IMG/VR virus record: IMGVR_UViG_3300042507_002066
Reading direction: 5' to 3' (one strand)
Length of the DNA: 64,000 nt
From: an uncultured virus (IMG/VR IMGVR_UViG_3300042507_002066)
Taxonomy: Duplodnaviria; Heunggongvirae; Uroviricota; Caudoviricetes
Positions 47,147 through 56,359 of this stretch are shown in pieces. The position numbers and the translations under genes were made by a program. Position 1 is the stretch's first letter. Each line of letters opens with the position of its first letter. A model generated the notes under the pieces. The model saw nothing but the letters and a program-made list of their open reading frames with translations, had not been told where the DNA came from and ran no database searches.

Positions 47147-49192
47147 TCATTTTGAAGTTGCTATGAATACTCCGTTCCAATCTTTTGGAAGTTTTTGAGT
47201 TTTCATATATTCGCAACGCTCGATCCACATATCATAATACTTATCCATTTTTCCATCGAAACAGTGTCTAAGGCTTTGGCAAAGTTCAATAGCTTCGCTA
47301 AACTTTTGTCTTAGATACAGTTCATGCATCGCATCGTGAATTTTTTTGTTGCTAATATAACTCGGCTGAACATCATCTAGTACCGTGTAAATTGAAATAC
47401 CTACAGTTTTACCTTTTACTGCTAGATCATCTATCTTAAGGAAAAAGAAGTCATCTTTACAATGTTCAACGGTTGCACCACCAACTAATAGCAAGCAGCC
47501 GTATTCTTTACATTTGCTTTCAATGCGAGCAGCGGTTGATACGCTGTCACCTAACACGTCATAGCTGTGGCGTTTAGTTGAGCCCATTTCCCCAATATAA
47601 CCAAGACCGGTATTAATGCCGGCACCCATGCCTACGGGTGGGCGACCTTGAGGTATGATAACATCTTTATTAAATTTTTCTACGGCCTTAAGCATGTCCA
47701 ATCCACACTGGACAGCGGTTTTAGGATGATGCGGATCGTCGATAGGAGCGTTATGTATGTGCATTGACGCGTCACCAATGTACTTAATAATCATACCACT
47801 AGAGTCAAGAACTGGCTGTGTAATTGCATCCATGTATCCATTCATTACCTTTGTAAGACCAGCAACATCATCACCAAAACTTTCGCCTAAAGGAGTAAAG
47901 CCACGAAGATCAGAGAATAGAATACTAACTTCTTTCTTAACGCCTTTTTTAATTAAATCTGGATTCTTCTGTAGGATCTCAACAACCTCAGGTGAAGCAT
48001 ATCCTCCGAACTGTTTCTTAATCGCTTGCTTCTGTAGGAATTCGTCTATGAACTTTACAGCATAACGAATTAGACCAACGAGCAGTAATCCGGCTGGAAT
48101 TATAACGCCGTCGATAAGCATCTTATATTCAGCGAACGCATACATACTTGATGCAATGCTTGCTACGACAACTACCGCAAAGAATGCTAGACCGACGTAG
48201 GTCCATCTCGCTAATGCTATCAGAAGTAAACCTGCGATACTGAATGCGATGAGTTCCATACCTGGTGCCCAAGCCGGTCTCTCAATATTCGTACCGTTGA
48301 ATACAGTTCCCAATAGAGCAGCTTGAAGATCGTGCGGCCATACTTGACCAGCTGCAGTCGCTATCGGGTTATTGATACCTGCAGCCGTAGGAGCTACAAA
48401 CACCACCGCACCACCGAAGTCTTCAGGAAGATCTGTCGCACTTACTGATATTGACTTTTGACTCCAGTCGATCCATACTCTCGCAAGTTCGTCCGTTGAG
48501 ATAGGACCAAACTGTGGAACTCTTAACTTATCAACTCCAAGTGGCGAAAGACGTATCTGAAAGCTTGGATCACCAGCAAGAACTCGAAGAACCTCGAGTG
48601 TTAAGTTTGGATACAAAACACCTTCAGACTCAATAACGAGTGGAACACGTCTTGTGACACCATCGGGTTCAGGAAGTGTATTAACGATACCGGATCCAAT
48701 AGCAAACTTCTCAAGCTCAGGAATGTTTGCAATGACGCCAGGATACGAAAGAATGAGATCCTGATACTCAGAGTTAATGATTGCTGCACCAGGATTGATC
48801 GGTTCGTTCACGGTTCGATCACCGCCGACTGTATTAAGAACGACTGGGTTCTTTTGTAGAGTCTCAGTCAACTTATAGTCTTCACCGAAGCGATCCTTCT
48901 CGCTCATCAGGACGCCGAACACGACGAGTCCTGCATTCCTAGCATATAGATCTTCGATTAATGCTGCATATTCTCCTCGAGGCCATGGCCACTGACCCTT
49001 TTCTTCGATCGCAGCTTCATCAATATTCACAGTGTAGATATTGTTTTGAACCGGTTCTTGATTCACTATCAATTGGTCAAAATATCTAAGCTTTATGCTT
49101 TCTAAGAAACCGGGGTTACTTACAAACAGCATACACAATAATCCGAGTACTAATAGACTCCAAATAGGTGATAACAATATCTTCTTCATCAT
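47147..49192 (-). CDS. CHASE2-domain class III adenylate cyclase
   Basis: GQWPWPR and DGVTRRVP (CHASE2); three TM helices; FSDLRGFT, KYIGDA, GINTG, YDVLGDSVSTAARIE. Confidence 0.93.
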   Translation of the reverse strand: MMKKILLSPIWSLLVLGLLCMLFVSNPGFLESIKLRYFDQLIVNQEPVQNNIYTVNIDEAAIEEKGQWPWPRGEYAALIEDLYARNAGLVVFGVLMSEKDRFGEDYKLTETLQKNPVVLNTVGGDRTVNEPINPGAAIINSEYQDLILSYPGVIANIPELEKFAIGSGIVNTLPEPDGVTRRVPLVIESEGVLYPNLTLEVLRVLAGDPSFQIRLSPLGVDKLRVPQFGPISTDELARVWIDWSQKSISVSATDLPEDFGGAVVFVAPTAAGINNPIATAAGQVWPHDLQAALLGTVFNGTNIERPAWAPGMELIAFSIAGLLLIALARWTYVGLAFFAVVVVASIASSMYAFAEYKMLIDGVIIPAGLLLVGLIRYAVKFIDEFLQKQAIKKQFGGYASPEVVEILQKNPDLIKKGVKKEVSILFSDLRGFTPLGESFGDDVAGLTKVMNGYMDAITQPVLDSSGMIIKYIGDASMHIHNAPIDDPHHPKTAVQCGLDMLKAVEKFNKDVIIPQGRPPVGMGAGINTGLGYIGEMGSTKRHSYDVLGDSVSTAARIESKCKEYGCLLLVGGATVEHCKDDFFFLKIDDLAVKGKTVGISIYTVLDDVQPSYISNKKIHDAMHELYLRQKFSEAIELCQSLRHCFDGKMDKYYDMWIERCEYMKTQKLPKDWNGVFIATSK

Positions 49193-49220
49193 TTTCGTTT
49201 CTTTCTTAAAATTTCATTCG

Positions 49221-49400
49221 CTATCGCTTCTTTAATCCAAGCAGCTTTGCCTTTAAATCATCCGACTCATTTGGCGTATCTTTAATAACTTTCTTAGATG
49301 GCTCTCTTTTTATCGAAGGGGTCTCTTCATCAAATCCCCACTTTCTTTTTTCTTCTGCAATTCTCATACGAAGTTCGTTTACTTGTTTCGATATATCCAT
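49221..49400 (-). CDS. Small hypothetical protein (59 aa, below cutoff)
   Basis: MDISKQVNELRMRIAEEKRKWGF...DLKAKLLGLKKR. Confidence 0.5.
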   Translation of the reverse strand: MDISKQVNELRMRIAEEKRKWGFDEETPSIKREPSKKVIKDTPNESDDLKAKLLGLKKR

Positions 49401-49441
49401 CTGTAAACCTTTTGACTAACTATTAATCTATATATCTTATT

Positions 49442-49780
49442 CTACTTAGAGTTCTGTAATTCTATACCAAAGACGATGCCAACATTATTGTTTTCAAATC
49501 CTGGTGTGATGTAACCTATTACATTATCATTAAAATCGTATGTTGTTCTGATAAAAGGAAGCACTTCGTAATTGCCGTATCCAGACACTACGCCAAATTC
49601 ATGGTTCCACTTGGATCGTGTTATTTGAACACCGGCGTACGCGCTTAAAGCATCTTCGCTGTTATAATAAGCGCCGGCGATAAAACTATCGTCTTGTAAA
49701 CGGATATGAGGATGAATGCTATTGTAATGTTGTTCAAAGTCTAAATGAAAACTCAATGCTATTCCGTATATTAAATCCAT
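49442..49780 (-). CDS. Small beta-barrel-like hypothetical protein
   Basis: Alternating aromatic beta strands (GAYYNSE, FGVVSGY). Confidence 0.5.
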   Translation of the reverse strand: MDLIYGIALSFHLDFEQHYNSIHPHIRLQDDSFIAGAYYNSEDALSAYAGVQITRSKWNHEFGVVSGYGNYEVLPFIRTTYDFNDNVIGYITPGFENNNVGIVFGIELQNSK

Positions 49781-49793
49781 TTTAATTTCCTCG

Positions 49794-51476
49794 CTACTGA
49801 TTCACTGTTAAGTTACACCCCGCAGAAACATTACATACTCCGGATACAGTACTTCCATCGCTCATACTATGTGGCAAACTGTATGTCTTAGAAGTTGATC
49901 CGGACTGGTTTAGAATAAAATTCCATGCTCCGCCACCGTTCTCTAACTGAACAGTCGCAGCATGACTGCCGCTTCCATCCTGAATTACGCTAGCATTATG
50001 ATCGTTCCCAATTAACGTTAGATTTAAATAATGGTTCCCAGTTCCTTTTTGGTTCACGGACAGATCATTGCTGTTTCCGTTAACGTTTAAGAACATGTTT
50101 TTTCCAGTTTCTCTTTGCTGTAGTATTAGGCTGTTTCCATTGCCGATGATGTCAGCCTCTAGATAGTGTCTAGATGATGTAGTTGTTGTCTGTAAAATAT
50201 CTGTGCTATTGTTATCACCATCGATATTTAAGATAGCATAATGGCTTCCACCAATCTGTTGGATCTGAACATCATTGTCGTTTCCAACAATATTTACATT
50301 TGCATTATGACCGTTCGTCAAAGCAAGGTTGGCCGCTCTTCTCATCGCCTGTGAAGGATTGATACCTGACGAGTAAACCGGGGTTGGAGCAGATCCTGGG
50401 TTTGATACAGATCCTGAACCAGTCGCCGTTGATGTTGTTGTGTTGCCTGAATTGTAGTAGAATGTAATTTCTGCAATCTGCATACTGTCACAGTTCAAAC
50501 CACAGCCGTCTCCGGATTTAGTCGTGGGAAAGAATATGTAATAGTAGACATACGCATTGCTGTTTGTGACTGGAATTTTAGGACTGGTCCAGAATCTATC
50601 GTTACTAAGTGATAAAGCACCTTCTTGAATCAACGTCCAGTTTACACCGTCGTTACTTGCGTATAGCTTATAACTCGTCGGGTCTCTTCCTGAGAAGTCA
50701 TTCGCAGTGGTAAGTGTAAACTCGTTTACCACTCGCCCAGCGTTTAGTTTAATAGTAACACCAGCGTTTTTCTTATCAAAGTTTAGATACTTTGTGTTTG
50801 GATTATTATCAAACGCTTGCGAAGCACCTTCACCCGATGGGCTGTTATTACTCGTAGGATAGTGATTGGTTATGTTAACATTCGAGCTGTTATTATAGAT
50901 TGGAGTTGCGACAGCAGGTGGTGGCGCAGTCTGTCCCGCAGCCAACGGCGTTGAGCTTGGTGGAACATACGCTTGAAGTTGACTATTCGTTGGGTTATCT
51001 TGAGTGACAGACCACGAACCGCTTTGACCAAGACTATATCCTTGACCGGTAGTGATGAGAGTTCCCCACATACCGTTGCCGTTATAGAAGATCGCTCCGT
51101 TGGCTAATGCTCGAAACGAGCCTGTGTTGTTAATTATTTTGTATCTTGTGCCGTCGCTATTGAACACGGCCATACCGTAGGTGCCAGGATTGGTTGTACT
51201 ATTAAAGAACCCAATGTATCTGCCATTACTGTTTGCGTCTGCAGTTTGTGCAGCTGTCCATCTAGCAGCCGAATTAGTCTGAGTAGCATAGTTCACGCTC
51301 GCAAAGATATAGTTAAATCCGCTCGCATGCAGTGTTCCGCCGGAAATATACCACTGCACGTCGAATATCTGCGCAGTGCTGAGCTTTAAGTCAGTGATAG
51401 CCGCAGCGGCAATACTAACGAACATAAGGTAAACGAGTATCGCGCTACTGAGTCTGGATAGTAGTGATAGAAACAT
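49794..51476 (-). CDS. Secreted protein with discoidin/F5-8-like domain and C-terminal curlin repeats
   Basis: Signal peptide; AFDNNPNTKYL and RDPTSYKLYASNDG; repeats of GxxN...xQxG. Confidence 0.8.
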   Translation of the reverse strand: MFLSLLSRLSSAILVYLMFVSIAAAAITDLKLSTAQIFDVQWYISGGTLHASGFNYIFASVNYATQTNSAARWTAAQTADANSNGRYIGFFNSTTNPGTYGMAVFNSDGTRYKIINNTGSFRALANGAIFYNGNGMWGTLITTGQGYSLGQSGSWSVTQDNPTNSQLQAYVPPSSTPLAAGQTAPPPAVATPIYNNSSNVNITNHYPTSNNSPSGEGASQAFDNNPNTKYLNFDKKNAGVTIKLNAGRVVNEFTLTTANDFSGRDPTSYKLYASNDGVNWTLIQEGALSLSNDRFWTSPKIPVTNSNAYVYYYIFFPTTKSGDGCGLNCDSMQIAEITFYYNSGNTTTSTATGSGSVSNPGSAPTPVYSSGINPSQAMRRAANLALTNGHNANVNIVGNDNDVQIQQIGGSHYAILNIDGDNNSTDILQTTTTSSRHYLEADIIGNGNSLILQQRETGKNMFLNVNGNSNDLSVNQKGTGNHYLNLTLIGNDHNASVIQDGSGSHAATVQLENGGGAWNFILNQSGSTSKTYSLPHSMSDGSTVSGVCNVSAGCNLTVNQ

Positions 51477-52542
51477 TCGTTCCTCCATCGTTTATTTGTA
51501 CAACCGCAAATACTCCATCCTGAGTTACGTTATACGTTCCGTTCGTATCTAAACTTGTTGTCAGCATTGATATATGCGGTGAACGATCAGAATCTAATAA
51601 CATGAACTCTTCATTCACGACTGCGCGTATCCATGGAAAGTTCTTAATGTTAGGTAGTACTTCGCTTTCTTCCTCTTCTAGCATACTCTCAAGAGATGCC
51701 ACGTTGATTTCTAGAAGATTATCCAAATAAGTGTTATTCACTCTGTTTACGTCAAGCGAGTTGGTCGTTAATTCTTCATCTTCAGCAAGCAAGTCTTCAG
51801 AGAGTTCTTCATTCTCTAAGAGATCAACATCAAGTTCGGTTCGTATCTCTTCCTCTTCTTCATCGTTAGAAAATCCGCCTGGAAATTCTGATGGAGGAAC
51901 TATGATAAGATTGTTATTGATGTTTGATTGATCTAAAAGAAGTTTACGAGGATCCGCCGGAGATAGCCCGCTGTGAGACACCATAGTTGCTTGATAAGAT
52001 TCATTTAGCATCACGGTTCCGCCATCAGTACTCACTGAGATGGATCCGACTGGGCATTCGTCTTCATTGAGAGTTTCGTCTGGGCAGCTAGGTAGGAGAA
52101 TGATTAGACTGCGACCAAGCTCGTCAACCGTCATAGAGAAGTCTGTTCCTCTGACCGTAATGCTTGCCGTTGGCGTGCGGATGTCGACGTTCTCTCTGCT
52201 AGTTTTGGCTAGCAGACCAGATGTCATCTGAACTGTTCCAAGAGCAACCTCCATCGACATCTTACCAGCGCTCGTGTTTGGATCGTACACAAAATCATCA
52301 ATCACTAGCTCACTCTGCTCTGTAATTTCAACTCGCGTGCCATCTTCAAATGTTAGGCCGAGCCGAGTATTAGCAGTAATTAATTGATCTAACATTTCAA
52401 CACCAAAGCCCATCTCAACAGTGAGTTTATCACTGTCTCTTCTGGCTTCAGCTGCATTTCCTTTGAAATCAGTCACGGTCCCAACTTCGGCAATCGCGAA
52501 GTTGGGAATGATCATCATTACGATGAATAAGATTCTCCACAT
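51445..52542 (-). CDS. FecR-domain secreted protein
   Basis: LTFEDGTRVEITEQSELVIDDFVYDP and IRTPTASITVRGTDF. Confidence 0.85.
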   Translation of the reverse strand: MWRILFIVMMIIPNFAIAEVGTVTDFKGNAAEARRDSDKLTVEMGFGVEMLDQLITANTRLGLTFEDGTRVEITEQSELVIDDFVYDPNTSAGKMSMEVALGTVQMTSGLLAKTSRENVDIRTPTASITVRGTDFSMTVDELGRSLIILLPSCPDETLNEDECPVGSISVSTDGGTVMLNESYQATMVSHSGLSPADPRKLLLDQSNINNNLIIVPPSEFPGGFSNDEEEEEIRTELDVDLLENEELSEDLLAEDEELTTNSLDVNRVNNTYLDNLLEINVASLESMLEEEESEVLPNIKNFPWIRAVVNEEFMLLDSDRSPHISMLTTSLDTNGTYNVTQDGVFAVVQINDGGTNVSITTIQTQ

Positions 52543-52543
52543 A

Positions 52544-53161
52544 TTAGTGCTGAACGATATCCACGGTGTTAGTATCTCCATCTATGTCAACATTTACGAT
52601 ATGTCCTGTAGATGTAGTCTGAGTAAGATTAATCACGTTGAAATCACTTGGTGTTGTCTGGCCGACGTTGAACACGTTGGTTGCATCAGGAGCATTCAAT
52701 GCAAAGTTGATTTCGTTATTATTACCAGTAAGATTGAGTGTAGTATCTGTGAGGTTGACTTGAATACCGCTGCAGTTACCGTTAATGTAATCTTTACATA
52801 GAGTGATCACGTTATCGTTACCTATGACGGCTGCGACGAAATTATTGTCGACTCCGCCACTGATATTTGAAAGCACTTCGTTTAGATCACCTTCAACACG
52901 ATATTCATAGTTCGTGTCGTTAGCACTTACTTGAATAAAGATGTCAGCAATGTTTCCGTCACCATCTTGAACAATCTCGACGTTGATGTCGTTACCGTTC
53001 ACGATCATAGGAGCCGCATCGGTGTTGATTCTGTTGTTTCCATTTTGCTGAAGTACGTTTACGTTAGTACTATTTCCAGCCTGGTCGATATAAACTTCGC
53101 TTGCGAATGATGGAACCGCGATTCCTATCATAAGAGCAGAAGTTAATAATAGGTTTTTCAT
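52544..53161 (-). CDS. Curlin-repeat (CsgA/CsgB-like) secreted protein
   Basis: Signal peptide; VYIDQAG and IVQDGDGN, with GxxN repeats. Confidence 0.75.
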   Translation of the reverse strand: MKNLLLTSALMIGIAVPSFASEVYIDQAGNSTNVNVLQQNGNNRINTDAAPMIVNGNDINVEIVQDGDGNIADIFIQVSANDTNYEYRVEGDLNEVLSNISGGVDNNFVAAVIGNDNVITLCKDYINGNCSGIQVNLTDTTLNLTGNNNEINFALNAPDATNVFNVGQTTPSDFNVINLTQTTSTGHIVNVDIDGDTNTVDIVQH

Positions 53162-53179
53162 TTGAGTTATTTCCTTTTG

Positions 53180-53953
53180 TTATTGTTTGAAAGCCCAGTA
53201 GCCGTTCTCGGCACCTTCTTTGATCATTTCAACAACTGCGGCCTGAATCGCGAGTCTTACTGCATGGTTCACAGGTTCGTTCTGTGAATTACCAATTTCA
53301 AGTTCGACGTTCTCAGTACCTGCCTCTATAAACTTGAAAACACCTAAATTTGTACTTGTACTTAATACGGTTTTTGATACTGCTGTACTTGTTAAAACTT
53401 CACCAGATTTTACAGAAACAGCTCGCATTGAGACAGTGATCACATCTTCAGTGTAACGAGTGCTAGGTCCTATGCCAAGGTATCTTGCACCTGCGCCACC
53501 GGTTAATGTATTTGAATCGTAGCCAACGATTGCTCCCTCAACGATTACTCCTGCGAATAGCATAGGTGATAAAGGAGTTTCGTCACCAACTTCTTCTCTC
53601 GTCTGACGTATAATCTGACGTTCGCGTGCTAGGTTCTCTAACCCTACACGTTCTACAACTCGGAACCAAGTTCCGTTTCCAGCATCACGCAATGCTTTGA
53701 TCACGTATTGTTCTGCACCCTGTGTAACTGCAGTCGAGATGTTAGCAAGTTTTTCGCTCGGTAGTCTCTGACCTGTCTTATCTTCGAACGAATACACCGC
53801 AACGACCATCGCACCCTGTGCTGGTGGCGGAAGATTAATGAAATCTTTCTCTGTCACGACGGCCTTTGGTGATTCAATTGGTATTCGATTCACTGTGGTA
53901 GAGCAGCCAGCAACGAGACCTGCGAATAAGAGTGATAATACTATCTTTTTCAT
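53180..53953 (-). CDS. csgG: Curli secretion channel lipoprotein CsgG
   Basis: Lipobox VAGC; AVYSFEDKTGQR, STAVTQG, VVERVGLENLARERQIIR, GGAGARYLGIG. Confidence 0.93.
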   Translation of the reverse strand: MKKIVLSLLFAGLVAGCSTTVNRIPIESPKAVVTEKDFINLPPPAQGAMVVAVYSFEDKTGQRLPSEKLANISTAVTQGAEQYVIKALRDAGNGTWFRVVERVGLENLARERQIIRQTREEVGDETPLSPMLFAGVIVEGAIVGYDSNTLTGGAGARYLGIGPSTRYTEDVITVSMRAVSVKSGEVLTSTAVSKTVLSTSTNLGVFKFIEAGTENVELEIGNSQNEPVNHAVRLAIQAAVVEMIKEGAENGYWAFKQ

Positions 53954-54408
53954 TAGAATGCAAACTCCCCTACTGGTACATCAAAGCTGGATGCTAAGTC
54001 TCCGTTTGAGTCGTAGACTTCTATGTATATTCTATCGTCTGTTCCACGCATCCACTTTATTCTGTCACCAAATGGTGTCTCGACTTCTGTCCATTCTCCA
54101 ACGACAGCACCACCGCCTTCGCCAAATAGGTTATCCGCTATCTGACGCGAGAGCTGTGCGTATATTCTTGATTCAAGGTTGTTTTGAAATTTGTAGACGT
54201 TGCTATTGCGATACTCGCGCTCAGCGCGCTCGATAGCAGCGAGTTCATCAGCGATTATCTTGTCTTTTCTTTGTTGCTCTAACTGATGAATTGTAAGTAC
54301 GTGTGTACTATATCCGTTTCCGCTAAACGCTGGGCTATTGAATTCAAAAACTTCAGCGTATGCAGGCGTACTTAAACATAAAGATGTTATAAGCAGTCTC
54401 TTTATCAT
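53953..54408 (-). CDS. csgF: Curli assembly protein CsgF
   Basis: FEFNSPAFSG and FQNNLESRIYAQLSRQI; adjacent to csgG. Confidence 0.8.
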   Translation of the reverse strand: MIKRLLITSLCLSTPAYAEVFEFNSPAFSGNGYSTHVLTIHQLEQQRKDKIIADELAAIERAEREYRNSNVYKFQNNLESRIYAQLSRQIADNLFGEGGGAVVGEWTEVETPFGDRIKWMRGTDDRIYIEVYDSNGDLASSFDVPVGEFAF

Positions 54409-54469
54409 GCTTTCTTTCCTCTGTTATCATAACAAAATCAAGAATGGCATTATAAAGAGTCGATGGTTG

Positions 54470-54766
54470 TTATTTCTTTTCTAACTTAGGAGTTTCTTTT
54501 TCAGGTAGAACTTCTATCGTATCTTTGGAAATTCTGAGTTCTTCTTGTCTCTCAAGAATCATGTCAAGCTTCGTTCTCAATCTTATCAGATCATTGTCTA
54601 ACATTCTTATTCTATCAATAAGAGCGATGAGAGTCATATGGGATTCACCGACAACTGGATCTACCTCTTCGGTCACCCACGTCCAAATATAATAAATGAA
54701 ATAGCCTAAGCCGAAGGCGGCTATGATGGGAAAACCATACTGACTTATTGCTGCTGCGATATCCAA
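54470..54766 (-). CDS. Single-TM coiled-coil protein
   Basis: YGFPIIAA...LIDRIRMLDNDLIRL. Confidence 0.7.
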   Translation of the reverse strand: MDIAAAISQYGFPIIAAFGLGYFIYYIWTWVTEEVDPVVGESHMTLIALIDRIRMLDNDLIRLRTKLDMILERQEELRISKDTIEVLPEKETPKLEKK

Positions 54767-54783
54767 ATTCTAATCCGCTCTCT

Positions 54784-55062
54784 TTAGTCTTTTCTTGCGT
54801 CTTTTTGCCCGTCGGCTCTTGCAATTCTGTCTAAATCTGGCTTTACACCAAAGGCATTACACATTTGAACATCGATACGAACGAGTTCATTGTTCATGGT
54901 CTTTACTCTATTGTCCAAAGCCATAACAAACCCGCGTTGTGTCTTTATACTATCTAGAACTCCAGCAAGTATAAATCGTAGCGTGAGGAACACAAAGAAG
55001 CCTCCTGCTAAAGAAGCTGCAATTGGAAACCCTACGTCTGATACTAAACTTAAAAAATCCAA
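54784..55062 (-). CDS. Single-TM coiled-coil protein, paralog of its neighbour
   Basis: VGFPIAA...LDNRVKTMNNELVRI. Confidence 0.7.
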   Translation of the reverse strand: MDFLSLVSDVGFPIAASLAGGFFVFLTLRFILAGVLDSIKTQRGFVMALDNRVKTMNNELVRIDVQMCNAFGVKPDLDRIARADGQKDARKD

Positions 55063-55082
55063 TTAGGGATCCTCCTCGTCAG

Positions 55083-55090
55083 TATTTATA
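55083..55090 (-). promoter_or_regulatory. T4-type late promoter for the curli-cyclase cluster
   Basis: Exact TATAAATA directly after a terminator. Confidence 0.75.
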
Positions 55091-55120
55091 AAAAAAGGAG
55101 GGCGCGAAACCCTCCTTTTT
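55091..55120 (-). terminator. Intrinsic terminator
   Basis: AAAAAGGAGGG-TTTCGCG-CCCTCCTTTTTTT. Confidence 0.8.
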
Positions 55121-55144
55121 ACTTTTTGCTATAATTCTTTTGGA

Positions 55145-55534
55145 TTAGAAGCTAAGAGAAACGCCGACGACGCTGTCAATGTACTCGAAGCTGCCATCGA
55201 AGTTATTCTCGAGGTATGCTTCTGCGCTTACTTTACCAAGGTTAATGCTTGGGACGTAGGTTGCACCAAGAACTGCACCTTCAAATGCGGAGCTATTGAA
55301 CTGAATGAAGTCGTCGCCATCATAGATAGCAAGATCGGTTTCAGCCCAGATGCCAAGACCTTCGATAGGTGCATAAGCAAGACGTGGAGTTAGAACAGAA
55401 GTGAAGACGGTGGTGTCGGTGTTATATTCAGTAACAAGTTCAGTGTCAAGAGCGAGACCATTGCCGAAATCCATGGCGGAAGCTACAGAAGTCATCGAGA
55501 GAACAGCTGCAGTTGCAAGAAGAAACTTTTTCAT
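55145..55534 (-). CDS. Small outer-membrane beta-barrel/porin-like protein
   Basis: Signal peptide MKKFLLATAAVLSMTSVASA; C-terminal beta-signal VGVSLSF. Confidence 0.65.
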   Translation of the reverse strand: MKKFLLATAAVLSMTSVASAMDFGNGLALDTELVTEYNTDTTVFTSVLTPRLAYAPIEGLGIWAETDLAIYDGDDFIQFNSSAFEGAVLGATYVPSINLGKVSAEAYLENNFDGSFEYIDSVVGVSLSF

Positions 55535-55559
55535 TTTGTATTCCTTTGAGTTGGTTGGT

Positions 55560-55734
55560 GTGAGTGTCACCAGTTCTGTTTCGAGGTCGGTGACCCACCC
55601 AAGTAGATTATGCTGCGAGAGCGTAAGCTACAGGAGCTGCGTTTGTGTTTGCAGTTGTAATTTTGGCTGAATAACGTAGGCCAACACGGTAATCTCCACT
55701 TGCTTTCAACACCTGTCGATCCCTAGTCAGCCCC
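55560..55734 (-). ncRNA. ssrA: tmRNA coding piece (permuted gene); tag ANTNAAPVAYALAA at 55652-55608; 3' end approximate
   Basis: Starts GGGGCUGAC..GGAUCGAC; GCA resume codon; LAA-stop degradation tag. Confidence 0.9.
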
Positions 55735-55735
55735 G

Positions 55736-56096
55736 CCAAAAGTAAATTAAAGGTTATGAAGATTGTGATGGTCGTTGTCATATGTGTGAATTGCATGACA
55801 GTTATGACATAAAATTCTACACTTACTGATTTCTTCCATCAACATTTCCATACCCCAACGAGTAAGTTGTTTAGCAGAATATTTTGGATGCTTTGTGCTA
55901 GGATCCAAATGATCAAATGCTAATGCTTGTGGATGTTTATTAAAACCACAAATTTCGCATCCTCTGCTTATTTTATACTCATTTAGAAACGCGCGCCTTT
56001 CCAGACCCTTGTCTTTCTTATACTGCTTAAAAACTTCTTTATCTGCAAACATAGATTCCTCCTTTGTTTCGCAAACATCGTTTAATTTACTTTTGG
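55736..56096. repeat. Perfect 16-bp inverted repeat closing the tmRNA intervening segment
   Basis: ccaaaagtaaattaaa (55736-55751) and tttaatttacttttgg (56081-56096). Confidence 0.9.
55747..56052 (-). CDS. HNH endonuclease (101 aa) inside the tmRNA intervening segment
   Basis: AAGGAGG RBS; CEICG, FDHLDP, EISKCRILCHNCHAIH. Confidence 0.85.
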   Translation of the reverse strand: MFADKEVFKQYKKDKGLERRAFLNEYKISRGCEICGFNKHPQALAFDHLDPSTKHPKYSAKQLTRWGMEMLMEEISKCRILCHNCHAIHTYDNDHHNLHNL

Positions 56097-56150
56097 TGGA
56101 GCTGCGGGGATTTGAACCCCGGTCCAGAATGTCTATCGTCTGCTTCAACG
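56094..56150 (-). ncRNA. ssrA: tmRNA acceptor piece (5' end approximate)
   Basis: GACCGGGGUUCAAAUCCCCG-CAGCUCC-ACCA pairs with GGGGCUG, including a G3:U70 pair. Confidence 0.9.
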
Positions 56151-56159
56151 ATTACTAGT

Positions 56160-56189
56160 TATATATAAACCAATTTGAGAAAATGTCAA
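56160..56189 (-). promoter_or_regulatory. Sigma70-type promoter of ssrA
   Basis: TTGACA plus an AT-rich -10 (TATATA) just upstream of the acceptor piece. Confidence 0.6.
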
Positions 56190-56199
56190 CTATTAAAAT

Positions 56200-56358
56200 T
56201 TAGTTCGGTTTATCTGTTGCATTTTTGTTACTATTGAAATCTTGGATCTTTTCGTAGTTGTTGATTGCATATTGGTTCAACAGATACGGAATGCTCGATA
56301 CTAAGAACCAAGCGGGCCAGAACAATAGGTTACCGATAACGACGCTCATGTCTACCAT
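56200..56358 (-). CDS. Small membrane protein
   Basis: MVDMSVVIGNLLFWPAWFLVSSIPY. Confidence 0.45.
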   Translation of the reverse strand: MVDMSVVIGNLLFWPAWFLVSSIPYLLNQYAINNYEKIQDFNSNKNATDKPN

Positions 56359-56359
56359 T

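Noticed and set aside
55608..55796. 62-aa ORF ending ANTNAAPVAYALAA
   Set aside because: Not a protein gene; its 3' end is the tmRNA tag reading frame.
55735..56093. Group I intron in tmRNA
   Set aside because: The ORF and RBS fill nearly the whole spacer, leaving no room for a ribozyme core; the position is between CCA and the 5' G rather than in the T-loop.
56094..56125. Stand-alone tRNA fragment or integration att site
   Set aside because: It pairs exactly with GGGGCUG at 55734 to form the tmRNA acceptor stem; no integrase is nearby.
56053..56148. N-terminal extension of the HNH ORF (133-aa version)
   Set aside because: It runs through the tmRNA acceptor piece; the ATG at 56052 has a strong AAGGAGG RBS.
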